NCBI GenBank assembly: GCA_018650165.1
Contig: JABIGM010000041.1
Span: 1-64,000 of the forward strand
Source of the DNA: Methanobacteriota archaeon
Lineage (GTDB): Archaea; Thermoplasmatota; Poseidoniia; Poseidoniales; Poseidoniaceae
Direction of reading: 5' to 3'
DNA length: 64,000 bases
Below the pieces are notes generated by a model. That model was not told the DNA's origin and searched no databases. It was given only the letters and a program-made list of their open reading frames with translations. Position 1 is the first letter of the stretch; each line of letters starts with the position of its first letter. This document shows, in pieces, positions 32,963-42,435 of the stretch. The translations under genes were made by a program, and so were the position numbers.

Positions 32963-34216
32963 ATGAATGAACAGAAATTAATCTATGACTGGAACGTTGT
33001 TGACTATGAATATTCAAGAGACCAATCAAACCACCCGCACGGTGTTTGGTTTGATGACGAAACTTTACGCGATGGCCTCCAAAGCCCTAGTGCATTGAAT
33101 CCTTCAATCGAACAAAAGATTGAGTTATTGACTTACATGGAACGATTAGGAATTCAAAAAGTCGATTTAGGGCTTCCAGGTGCTGGACCATTTCATCTAG
33201 ACCACATTGATTCAATGTTAATGCACATCAAGGAAAATGATTTCCAAATCCGTCCGGGTGCTGCTGTAAGGACCTTGATGAATGATATTGAACCATTAGT
33301 AAATTTACAATCAAAGCATGAGATGGAAATTCAGGCAAGTGCCTTCCTTGGAACTAGCCCAATACGTCAATTTACTGAAGGTTGGACGATGGATAAATTG
33401 GTATCGACTATGGAAAAAGCAGTATCTTTTGCTGTTGATAATGATGTACCTGTGATGTTTGTTACCGAAGATACTACTCGTTCAAAGCCCGAAGATGTCA
33501 AATTAATTTATCAAAGGGCTATGGATTTGGGAGTAAGGCGTTTGTGTATCTGTGATACATGTGGGCATGTTACTCCAAATGGGGTAAAGCAATTATTATC
33601 ATTTATCGATGAAGAAGTCATCAAGGATGGTGGTTATCAACGCCGAGATATTGAAGTTAACTGGCACGGTCATCAAGATAGAGGGCTAGGTGTTGCAAAT
33701 AATCTTGCAGCGGTTGAAGCAGGTGCAGATGTGATACATGGTACTGCACTGGGTGTGGGGGAACGGGCTGGGAACGCCCCGCTAGACCAAACCCTGGTCA
33801 ACCTTTCACTGATGGGAGTTATAGAAAACGATCTTTCAATGCTAAGCGAGTATGTGGAAAAAGCCAATGAATACATCAAAGTCCCACTGCCACGGAATTA
33901 CCCTGTGTTTGGGAAGGATGCTTTTGAAACAGGGACTGGAGTACACGCTAGTGCAGTTATCAAAGCGATCAATAAAGGGGATATGTGGCTAGCTGATCGT
34001 GTTTACAGTGGCGTACCTGCTGGAGATTTTGGTCTTGAACAAGTTATACGAATTGGACATATGTCAGGACGTTCTAACATTATTTATTGGTTAGAGAACA
34101 GAGGTTATGAGGCAACTGAAGATTTAGTTGCACATCTCTTCGAAGTTGCCAAGAGTCAACCTCGTAACATGGAAGATGAAGAAGTTGAAGCATCGGTCAA
34201 GGGATTCTTGCAATAA
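32963..34216 (+). CDS. DRE-TIM Claisen-type synthase (2-isopropylmalate/homocitrate/citramalate synthase family) lacking the C-terminal regulatory domain
   Basis: DETLRDGLQ, EDTTRS, ICDTCG, HGHQDRGLGVAN, GVGERAGNA, GTGVHASA, GHMSGRSN. Confidence 0.85.
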   Translation: MNEQKLIYDWNVVDYEYSRDQSNHPHGVWFDDETLRDGLQSPSALNPSIEQKIELLTYMERLGIQKVDLGLPGAGPFHLDHIDSMLMHIKENDFQIRPGAAVRTLMNDIEPLVNLQSKHEMEIQASAFLGTSPIRQFTEGWTMDKLVSTMEKAVSFAVDNDVPVMFVTEDTTRSKPEDVKLIYQRAMDLGVRRLCICDTCGHVTPNGVKQLLSFIDEEVIKDGGYQRRDIEVNWHGHQDRGLGVANNLAAVEAGADVIHGTALGVGERAGNAPLDQTLVNLSLMGVIENDLSMLSEYVEKANEYIKVPLPRNYPVFGKDAFETGTGVHASAVIKAINKGDMWLADRVYSGVPAGDFGLEQVIRIGHMSGRSNIIYWLENRGYEATEDLVAHLFEVAKSQPRNMEDEEVEASVKGFLQ

Positions 34217-35515
34217 TCAAGACTCTGCATTTTCTTGTTCGGCCTCATCTGTGTATATTTGGTTCCATTCAGCATCGATTGAACCACCGGACCATTCGCC
34301 ACTAACGTCGATTTCAACCATTTCATCACCATCGTCTCGCCAAATTGCCTCACCTTGGCTTCCATTAACAATCAGTATGCCTCGGTCATCAATTTGTGAA
34401 CGTAATAATTCCATGTGCTTGGTGACTGGTAAGATATGGCCAACTGGTGTTCCTGCTGTAACGAATGGGTTTGTTGCAGTACAAATCATCAAACCATCTT
34501 CTGGTGCAACAATATCAACTGATAACCCCGGGGAGCCAGGATCGGATATAATTGCGACAACATCGCCTTTTGTTACAACACTTCCAGGGCTGACAAACAT
34601 ATCAAGAAGCCCGCCTTCACCAGCTCTTAGCCATGTAGAACCGCCTGCATTAAGCCTAAATCGTGGACGACTTGGATTCTTTGGAATTACCTTCAGTGAC
34701 CGCAATACGTTCAAGCAGCCGTGAACAGCGACCTTAACCGCAGCTTGGTCTAGCCAATTAGCGCCACCTCCTTCATAGGTGATGGCAGCGATATCCATGT
34801 CATTGGCGACTCGCCGCAAACTGCCTTTAGGAGGTCTACTATCTAGGACAACTTCGATTCCAAACGCTTTGGCAAGTAAATTTGATTCAGGGTGAGATAA
34901 ATCTCCTCTTATTTGTGGCATATTTGATCTACCTGTGGCGGCACTATGGAGGTCGATAATCACATCAGAATCATTGATCAGATTTTTTGTGACCCTCTTA
35001 GCCACTCTCGAAGTTGTGTTACTTTTGGAATGACCTGGAAATGCACGATTTAGGTCTCTACCATCGGGAAAATATCGTGACATAGTGCGGTATCCGGGCA
35101 GATTAAGAACTGGAACTATACGCACTGTTCCTGCCATTGAACTAGGATTGAGTGCGCCGTCTGGGCCGGTGAAAATCGCAGATAGAAGATTTGTACATGC
35201 ACTTGGGCCAGTTAATTCATCGCCATGAGTTCCACCAATTATTGTGACCACTGGGCCAGGTCTAATTCCATGTAGAACAGTGATAGGTATTGGCCAAGAA
35301 TCACCCATCTCTACTTTTAGTAATGGCATTTTTACAGTGCGCATTTCCCCAGGCTTGATTCTTTTTCGTAAAAATCGGATTTCCCCCCAATCGGAAGATC
35401 TGTCCCATTCAGGACGAGCTTCAGATTCATGTTCAGCGAGCGCTTTTTTAATTGCAAGGCGCCTCGTTTTCGGAAGTTCATGAGCGACCCTAACTCGCTT
35501 CTTCTTCTCCGCCAT
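34217..35515 (-). CDS. Succinylglutamate desuccinylase/aspartoacylase family (M14-like) protein
   Basis: GGTHGDELTG, DLNRAFPG, IDLHSA, ITYEGG and C-terminal barrel-sandwich hybrid domain. Confidence 0.88.
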   Translation of the reverse strand: MAEKKKRVRVAHELPKTRRLAIKKALAEHESEARPEWDRSSDWGEIRFLRKRIKPGEMRTVKMPLLKVEMGDSWPIPITVLHGIRPGPVVTIIGGTHGDELTGPSACTNLLSAIFTGPDGALNPSSMAGTVRIVPVLNLPGYRTMSRYFPDGRDLNRAFPGHSKSNTTSRVAKRVTKNLINDSDVIIDLHSAATGRSNMPQIRGDLSHPESNLLAKAFGIEVVLDSRPPKGSLRRVANDMDIAAITYEGGGANWLDQAAVKVAVHGCLNVLRSLKVIPKNPSRPRFRLNAGGSTWLRAGEGGLLDMFVSPGSVVTKGDVVAIISDPGSPGLSVDIVAPEDGLMICTATNPFVTAGTPVGHILPVTKHMELLRSQIDDRGILIVNGSQGEAIWRDDGDEMVEIDVSGEWSGGSIDAEWNQIYTDEAEQENAES

Positions 35516-35594
35516 GCTACGCCATTAATCGATGTGACATCAAGGTGATGGAAGTCAGGATAAACAAATCAACCTCCTCGTACCATCAAGCAAT

Positions 35595-36059
35595 ATGGGA
35601 GTCGGAGTTCAACGCCAATATGCCCCTTCATCAATTTGCTTTGGGTGTGGGCCTGCTAATCACAAAGGTTTGCAAATCGACTCTCACAGATGTGAGAGTG
35701 GACTCGAAATGCGATTTACTCCATCTGATGAGCATCAGGCATTTCCGGGAATGATAAATGGAGGGATAATTGGAAGTTTATTGGATTGCCACGGAAATTG
35801 GGCTGCAGCAATTGCTTTGATGGATGCCTCCGACTCTGAAGAGCCGCCCTGTACTGTAACTGCAAGTTACAGCGTTTCATTGCGTAGGCCAACACCTGCA
35901 GGTGTTGAGTTACATATTCTTGCAGAAGTCGAAGAATTGTTAGAAGACCGAGCAAAAATTAGCATGACACTTACCGCAGATGGCAAGATTTGTGCTACTG
36001 GTAAAGGATTATTTGTGGCAGTTAAAGAAGGCCACCCCGCTTTTCATCGGTGGTCATGA
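35595..36059 (+). CDS. PaaI-family hotdog-fold thioesterase
   Basis: CFGCGPANHKGL, HQAFPGMINGGIIGSLLDCH, VTASYSVSLRRPTP. Confidence 0.88.
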   Translation: MGVGVQRQYAPSSICFGCGPANHKGLQIDSHRCESGLEMRFTPSDEHQAFPGMINGGIIGSLLDCHGNWAAAIALMDASDSEEPPCTVTASYSVSLRRPTPAGVELHILAEVEELLEDRAKISMTLTADGKICATGKGLFVAVKEGHPAFHRWS

Positions 36060-36599
36060 ATGGCCAAACCATCTGTAAATCAATTGAATGAATTGAATGG
36101 TCTGAGAGATTTTGTTATCGAAGTCATGTCTGCTATGGAAGTTTGGAGTGATAATGAACTTACAAACCTCACTGCAATTAAATTAGGCGTCCTAAGAAAG
36201 AATGCGACACAGCGACACGGCGTAACCCGTTGGAAAAGAGGTGTTAGAAATCCTAGCGCGCCTGAGCAAGTAGAGGTCATCGATCTTCATCCACGATTGC
36301 TAAATGCGGACTGGAAACCTTACGCTGCTTGGGTAATGCATCATGAACTCGTTCATGCATTAGGATATACAGCGCATGACTCAACATTTCGTTCATTGGA
36401 AGAACTCTGGCCCAGTCCTAAATCAGGAAAAATGGGGTCATCATTCACTGAAATGCTACGGAAAGAAAAATCGTCTTGGCTTTGGGTTTGTAACACATGC
36501 GAGAAAGAGTACCCTCGCCAAAAGGCAGGCAAAGGGCGATACCTCTGCAGAATCTGTCGGACGGTATTAGTAGATTTACCCAATAAAGCGTCACAGTGA
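36060..36599 (+). CDS. SprT-like zinc metalloprotease domain protein with zinc ribbon
   Basis: HHELVHALGYTAHDSTF (HExxH plus downstream His) followed by CNTC...CRIC. Confidence 0.8.
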   Translation: MAKPSVNQLNELNGLRDFVIEVMSAMEVWSDNELTNLTAIKLGVLRKNATQRHGVTRWKRGVRNPSAPEQVEVIDLHPRLLNADWKPYAAWVMHHELVHALGYTAHDSTFRSLEELWPSPKSGKMGSSFTEMLRKEKSSWLWVCNTCEKEYPRQKAGKGRYLCRICRTVLVDLPNKASQ

Positions 36600-38644
36600 T
36601 TAGGTTTAAGCCCTGGCAACAATCCATGCGGAGGATTGTAGCATTAGCCTTCCTCTGCTTATTGTGCAGCCCGATTGTATCTGCAGCAATCGATTCCGAG
36701 ACCGGAGGGGGGGAGCTTTGGTTTTCTTGTAATGATGTTAATGACTGTTCACTAACTGAATTTCATACTGGCGAAGAAAGTATTGGAGGAACAGTAAACT
36801 CAGCAACTCCATTTTCACCTGAGATTGTATTTATTGAATTACCAATGCACCCCACTCAAGATGAAATCGCTTTAATCCCAGACCAAATAGATGAATTGCA
36901 AGTAGATTTACGTTACCAAGATGACATAGCAGGCTTATCTCGGCCCGATGTGAAGGTAACCATCATTATTGCACAGTCAACCACCGTGATAGAGTTTGAA
37001 GGTGATGATAATCCTATTAATGGTGCTTCAGAGCCACACTTTATAGAAAACGAACCACTTGATAATGGCGGTGATCGGCTTCTATGGCCAGAAGAAGAAA
37101 TCAGAATTTTGTTAGAATTTGAAGTTGATAGACCAGGAACTTGGCAACTGAATCTCCGTGGGGCTTCATACTTGCTACTGGATATCATTTGGTCCGAGGA
37201 TGTTGATTCACGAAACATCGACGAACCATCTTCTGATGGCTCACCACGCCCTACGGACTTGGAAACAAATCACCATGGTGCTTTAGTTGAAGATGATAGA
37301 GATTGCTGGGAGTTTGATGTAGATAACCACGAATTGCTAAGAATCACATTTGTGTGGGAAGAAGTCCCTTCTGAAATCGAACAATCACATGGTCAACCAG
37401 ATCTAATACTTCCCGACAGAAGGTTGGCACCAACTCCTGAATTAGAAACCGAAGTAATCAATGGTGAGACACGGATGACTTGGCAATGGAGAGCTTTGCC
37501 TACAGGAGATTACAATTTGTGTATTGGCGGTAAACTAAATTCGTTCCAAGCTTATCAATGGGCTGGAATCATTGCCTTTGAAGGCATAGGTCCAACATCG
37601 CCTGAAGAATTTGATTATTCATCTTGGAAATGGGAAGGCCTTGGAATGAAGGCTGATGATTCTGGTGCGAAAGAACTCAATGCGGCATCTGGCTTGATGG
37701 TATTAGTTCTGTCATTGGCATTACTAGTTGGCTTTGCCATTGAAATAAAAGAAGATACAACTTCGAAAGCAATTCGTTTTGGTATATTTGTTCCAGGTGT
37801 ACTTATCCTAATACTGGGTGGTCTTATATCCCCATTATGGACGATTGCCGGTGAAATGAATTCATCAGATGACATGAGTCTCGATGATTTAATTGATACA
37901 AGACTGGATCAATTGTGGCATGCGTCTCACCCCGGAACTCCTGCGTCTTCAAGAGCAATGCATGTTGGTGCAACCTTCGGAATGCTCGATGGTGAAACAC
38001 TTTCCGTGCGCCTTGAAGCAGATGCTGCTTGGGCGCTCGATGATGGGAGATGGCAATTGCATATTCCCGAAATATATCAATTAAATTTGGAAAATCTAAT
38101 TTTTGCAAAGGTGGCACAGAAGAGTAGTAGCCAGCCAATAGATGACATGTTAGATGCGCACTCACGAACTTTCATACTACTATCTGCACGTACACTGATG
38201 CTGGATTTATTGATGCTTGAAGCATTGTTAGTGGTAGATGAATTACCTCAATCAAATGTTATAAATTTCAATACTGAAATGGTTAAGTCCGGAAGTTTAG
38301 GTTTGGTCCAAGACCCTGCATGGGGAACACGTCCTGTGGATATACCAGAAGGAAGGTGGCGACTAATGCAAGATAATCTATATCCCAGTTTAATTTCTAT
38401 TACAATGCTTGACGGAGTTAAAGATGATTTAGATTTCAGAGTACAATTCGCCACCGATATAGATCATGACCTATTGTATTCTACCGATTCAGTAAACCCT
38501 TCCGCTCCATTATTGGAATCCCAATACATTTGGGTTATTGGGGGAATAACACTCTCAATAATTGGTATTGGCCTAGAGAATAAAAGAAGACGTAACGCAA
38601 AACAAATGTTGGAACAGATGACCTCTGGAACTATTTGGAATTGA
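36596..38644 (+). CDS. Hypothetical large secreted/membrane protein
   Basis: 682 aa; signal peptide, acidic beta-rich ectodomain, two central TM segments and one C-terminal TM; GTGA overlap with the SprT gene. Confidence 0.7.
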   Translation: MIRFKPWQQSMRRIVALAFLCLLCSPIVSAAIDSETGGGELWFSCNDVNDCSLTEFHTGEESIGGTVNSATPFSPEIVFIELPMHPTQDEIALIPDQIDELQVDLRYQDDIAGLSRPDVKVTIIIAQSTTVIEFEGDDNPINGASEPHFIENEPLDNGGDRLLWPEEEIRILLEFEVDRPGTWQLNLRGASYLLLDIIWSEDVDSRNIDEPSSDGSPRPTDLETNHHGALVEDDRDCWEFDVDNHELLRITFVWEEVPSEIEQSHGQPDLILPDRRLAPTPELETEVINGETRMTWQWRALPTGDYNLCIGGKLNSFQAYQWAGIIAFEGIGPTSPEEFDYSSWKWEGLGMKADDSGAKELNAASGLMVLVLSLALLVGFAIEIKEDTTSKAIRFGIFVPGVLILILGGLISPLWTIAGEMNSSDDMSLDDLIDTRLDQLWHASHPGTPASSRAMHVGATFGMLDGETLSVRLEADAAWALDDGRWQLHIPEIYQLNLENLIFAKVAQKSSSQPIDDMLDAHSRTFILLSARTLMLDLLMLEALLVVDELPQSNVINFNTEMVKSGSLGLVQDPAWGTRPVDIPEGRWRLMQDNLYPSLISITMLDGVKDDLDFRVQFATDIDHDLLYSTDSVNPSAPLLESQYIWVIGGITLSIIGIGLENKRRRNAKQMLEQMTSGTIWN

Positions 38645-39286
38645 TTATTCGTCAAGTGACTGCAGAATCTTCTCAACTTCCTCAGTAATCTTTCCACTAT
38701 CGAGTGCCTTGGATAGCTTAGTGCGCTTAGCCTTGGAAAGATTCTTTGCAGCATCGTCTATCATAGCTCTCTCCTCATCGCTTACTACACCATCTGCAAT
38801 TGCAGATTTAATAGCTGCACCAACCGCAATTTTAGCCGCAGCCTCGTCACTTATTCCCAGTGCATCTTGGATAGTTTTCAATTCTGCTAACTCTTTGTCG
38901 GAAATTACTCCGTCGGAATAAGCATTTTCATATTCCTTTACGAGAAAATCAGCATATTGGCCCGGATTTAGAATAACATCACGAATCAATCCATAATCCA
39001 CAGAGCCTTGGCGAGAACCCATCTCGAGAAGAACAATAGATTTGCGTACCTCTTTTATGGCCATGTCTTTTAATCCGTGAGATGCCCAAACCAAACCCGA
39101 AACAGCGACAGCAGCAGCGAACCATCTCATAACATCAGGGTCAACTAAATTACCCGGAGATATCAGTTGAAATATTCCAATTACTGCCATTAATGAACCG
39201 CAAATGACTTCAAACCAATCATTCAAATCAGGTTCATCTTCAAAGATTGAAAGTCTCTCATCGACTACACTATCATCGGGGCTCAT
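38645..39286 (-). CDS. Hypothetical membrane protein with TerB-like/EF-like DGxxSxxE repeats
   Basis: Two TM segments, then AYSDGVISDKE, AIADGVVSDEE and LDSGKITEEVE repeats. Confidence 0.65.
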   Translation of the reverse strand: MSPDDSVVDERLSIFEDEPDLNDWFEVICGSLMAVIGIFQLISPGNLVDPDVMRWFAAAVAVSGLVWASHGLKDMAIKEVRKSIVLLEMGSRQGSVDYGLIRDVILNPGQYADFLVKEYENAYSDGVISDKELAELKTIQDALGISDEAAAKIAVGAAIKSAIADGVVSDEERAMIDDAAKNLSKAKRTKLSKALDSGKITEEVEKILQSLDE

Positions 39287-39371
39287 GTTGTGCCCACATG
39301 ACAGATAGGCCTTGAGGGTGTCGGCGAATCAATCGCTTACCTTTTGGACTATTGACCACCACTCGTTTCTC

Positions 39372-41882
39372 ATGGGTGACCCTGAACGCGCAATTTCGCG
39401 ACTCGGCCTTCCAGAGGATTTCGTAGATTTCATTCAGAATGAATGGGGGATTTCTACTCTCCATCCACCACAAGCCCAGGCGATGCCTTCAATTCTTTCT
39501 GGACGCAATACCATGGTCTGTATTCCAACGGCAAGCGGTAAAAGTTTGGTTGCTTTTATGGGATTGGTACATCAAATAAAAGTCGAAAAGATAGGCTCCC
39601 GTGGAATTTATATCGTTCCATTGAAGGCCCTTGCTAGCGAAAAACAGGATGAATTGAAACAAATGGGGGAGCACCTTGGTCTCAAAATAGGATTAGGAAT
39701 CGGTGATGCTCCAAATGAGGCTAAGCAAATAGACGATTGTGATATTCTGGTTTGTACTAGCGAGAAGTTAGACTCATTGATGCGTTCTAAGCCAGAGGTA
39801 TTGCGGCGGGTTTCGATTGTAGTTGCAGATGAATTCCACCTAGTGAATGACAGCCATAGAGGGCCTACAATGGAGATTAATCTGACACGTATTCGTCATA
39901 CTTTACCAGATGCACAAATAATCACTCTATCTGCGACCGTAGGTAACTCGCAAGACCTTGCAGACTGGTTGGATAGCGATTTAATAGTTTCAGAGTGGAG
40001 ACCAGTTAGTCTTGAGTATGCAACACTTGCAGAATTAGATCTCGAACCGCGAGCAGTTCAGAAGAGCGAATTGTCATCAACCGGTAATCTAAACCCACCT
40101 CGAACCCTAACTGGCCCAAAGAGCCATGTTGCTTGGGCCGCATTGAGTGATGTACACCAACATGGAGGGCAATTGCTAGTATTTGTCGGAGCAAGGCGCT
40201 CTGCGCAATCGGAAGCCAAGAAATTGAGCCAACGGATGCACAAGTATCTCGCAAAAGAAAAGCCAGAAACGCTTGGTCCACTCAAAGAATTATCAGAGAA
40301 ACTTTCGCGAACATCTAATTCCGCAATGGGGGATATTCTGGCGGAATGTGTTCAGGGCGGTGTTGCTTTTCACCATGCGGGGTTGATGCATACCCAGCGC
40401 CGGATTATTGAGAATGCATTCAAGGAGAGGATGCTCCACTGCCTTTGTGCAACACCAACTCTGGCAGCAGGCGTTAATCTTCCTGCAAGAAGAGTTCTGG
40501 TCAGGGATCTGAAAAGATACGAAGACGGAATGAGCCGATACTTACCTGTGATGGAAGTTAGGCAGATGCTTGGGCGTGCGGGAAGGCCACGCTATGATCC
40601 ACTTGGTGAAGCGTGGCTTGCATGTAAGGGTGGAGACCCAAGAGAAGTTGCAGACACTGTCGCTGAGAGGTATATCCATGGTCCAGTGGAGGATATAACC
40701 TCGAAATTAGCGGCGGAGCCAGCTATGAGATTCCATTTACTATCGTCAATCGCAACAGGCGGATTAAATCTACGAAGGGAAATCGGTGATTTCTTTTCAA
40801 GCACCTTTTTGGGACATTCACAAACCCATTCATATCTTCAAGATAACATAGATTCTATGCTTAGATGGCTAGTTGAGAAACGCTTCATCCGTAGAACAAC
40901 AATCGGCTCAGTTAGTGAAGAATGGGATGATGAAAAGCCATCATGGGTCGATGCAGCACAATCTGCATCGGGAGTCGACTTCACCTCGGGTAAGTCTAAA
41001 GAGCCAACAGAAGCCACATTTGGGTTTCAAAGAGCATCTCAAATAACTATTGAAAAGCCCACTACATTCAATGTTGAAGCATTGGATTCATCCTATGAAG
41101 CAACTCCGATGGGGGAGAGAATTGCACAATTATACATTGATCCTCTTTCTGCAGACATCATCATAGATGGTTTGCGTCGTGCAGTCCGTAGAACAGTTAG
41201 ACAAAGTTTACCCGTTACTGAATTCAGTCTTTGTCACTTAGTTGCAGCAACTCCAGATTTCCTTTCATTATGGCCAAAATCTAGCGAATTAGAATTTGGT
41301 AGCATGCTAAGACAAAAAGCAGCATTGGTAGAGGATGAATTACTGATTGAAAGCCCAATAGATGAAAGAGCAATGGGATTGGTAAAGAGTGCATGGTGTA
41401 CTGAAATGTGGTGCGAAGAAGAAGACCTTCGCAATATTGAGAAAGAAATCGGGGTAACTCCCGGTGATGTACACTCACGAACAGATTTGATGGCTTGGCT
41501 TCTTCTTGCCGCAAGGGAAGTACTCCTCAGAGATGATGTATTTGCCGAGGAACATCTTGGTTATGTTACTGAACTTGCTGGAATGATAGAACTAGTGCGA
41601 GCAAGAGTTCGTGCTGGTTGTAAAGAAGATCTGCTACAATTAGTACAGGTGAGAAATATTGGTCGTAACAGGGCACGGACATTATCCAAAATGGGTATTC
41701 GTACACCTGCAGACCTCTTAACAATGAGTCCAACCGAATTGGATGCACTCAAATCATTACGAGGATGGGGTCCGGTTTTGGTTGGAAGAATTATAGAATC
41801 AGTGAACCGAATTTCAATTCCAGTTACTGAAAGAAAATCACGAAGTGACGATGAACCATTACCGGGGGAGCGTCAGGATTGA
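39372..41882 (+). CDS. hel308: Ski2-like SF2 DNA helicase Hel308/Hjm
   Basis: LHPPQ, PTASGKS, YIVPLKALASEK, DEFH, LSATVGN, FHHAGL, TPTLAAGVNLPA, QMLGRAGRP, C-terminal HhH NIGRNRAR. Start set at ATG 39372. Confidence 0.95.
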   Translation: MGDPERAISRLGLPEDFVDFIQNEWGISTLHPPQAQAMPSILSGRNTMVCIPTASGKSLVAFMGLVHQIKVEKIGSRGIYIVPLKALASEKQDELKQMGEHLGLKIGLGIGDAPNEAKQIDDCDILVCTSEKLDSLMRSKPEVLRRVSIVVADEFHLVNDSHRGPTMEINLTRIRHTLPDAQIITLSATVGNSQDLADWLDSDLIVSEWRPVSLEYATLAELDLEPRAVQKSELSSTGNLNPPRTLTGPKSHVAWAALSDVHQHGGQLLVFVGARRSAQSEAKKLSQRMHKYLAKEKPETLGPLKELSEKLSRTSNSAMGDILAECVQGGVAFHHAGLMHTQRRIIENAFKERMLHCLCATPTLAAGVNLPARRVLVRDLKRYEDGMSRYLPVMEVRQMLGRAGRPRYDPLGEAWLACKGGDPREVADTVAERYIHGPVEDITSKLAAEPAMRFHLLSSIATGGLNLRREIGDFFSSTFLGHSQTHSYLQDNIDSMLRWLVEKRFIRRTTIGSVSEEWDDEKPSWVDAAQSASGVDFTSGKSKEPTEATFGFQRASQITIEKPTTFNVEALDSSYEATPMGERIAQLYIDPLSADIIIDGLRRAVRRTVRQSLPVTEFSLCHLVAATPDFLSLWPKSSELEFGSMLRQKAALVEDELLIESPIDERAMGLVKSAWCTEMWCEEEDLRNIEKEIGVTPGDVHSRTDLMAWLLLAAREVLLRDDVFAEEHLGYVTELAGMIELVRARVRAGCKEDLLQLVQVRNIGRNRARTLSKMGIRTPADLLTMSPTELDALKSLRGWGPVLVGRIIESVNRISIPVTERKSRSDDEPLPGERQD

Positions 41883-41906
41883 AACAGAAGAGGTTCTGGG
41901 AATGTT

Positions 41907-42395
41907 GTGGCCGTACCACCATTTCCTTGTCTCAGGGTTGCCTTAGCATCTCCTTGTACCGACCCAAGAGCACTAGTTATGACTTGGCTAGACTCTAGGG
42001 AATCAGAAAACTGGGCATTGGTTAGTGGAACTTGTCTTGCTAGCGATATCCATGGATGGGTAGCGCACCAAGTTCTAATGAGAAACAAAGAAAGAGGCAA
42101 TATGAAATCCAATTCTTTTGATGGAGAATTTATGCGTTTACTCTCAGGGACACACCATGTAGCAGCTAGTTTCGACCGAGCCGGCCTTTGCAAAGGAGAT
42201 ACTACGGCGTGGATAGTCGACCTATCATGCGAATCTAGTAGTGAAATGTATGTCGAGCATGCGAATAAAATGGGCTTTACAGTCTTAGAAGATAGGCCCT
42301 GTTTGGACATTTTTGATGCTCAAAGAATTGGAATCGATGTTGGAGTTGATGAAAACGCAGCAATCGCCCATATTCACCTATCTGATTTACGCTAA
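41907..42395 (+). CDS. cgi121: KEOPS complex subunit Cgi121-like protein
   Basis: HGWVAHQVLMRNKERGNMKSNSFDGEFMRLLSGTHHVAASFDRAGL matches the Cgi121 A..A..A...G...S..L..E.L..L.GT.QI..A...G pattern. Confidence 0.7.
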   Translation: MAVPPFPCLRVALASPCTDPRALVMTWLDSRESENWALVSGTCLASDIHGWVAHQVLMRNKERGNMKSNSFDGEFMRLLSGTHHVAASFDRAGLCKGDTTAWIVDLSCESSSEMYVEHANKMGFTVLEDRPCLDIFDAQRIGIDVGVDENAAIAHIHLSDLR

Positions 42396-42435
42396 TATTC
42401 GTAAGTGTCAAAGAGCCTCAGCATTACCACAGTAC

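Noticed and set aside
41880-41909. Possible stop-codon readthrough fusing Hel308 to Cgi121 (same frame, single TGA)
   Set aside because: Hel308 ends at a normal length after its HhH domain, Cgi121 has its own SD-like GAGGT and GTG start, and no SECIS or readthrough signal is visible.
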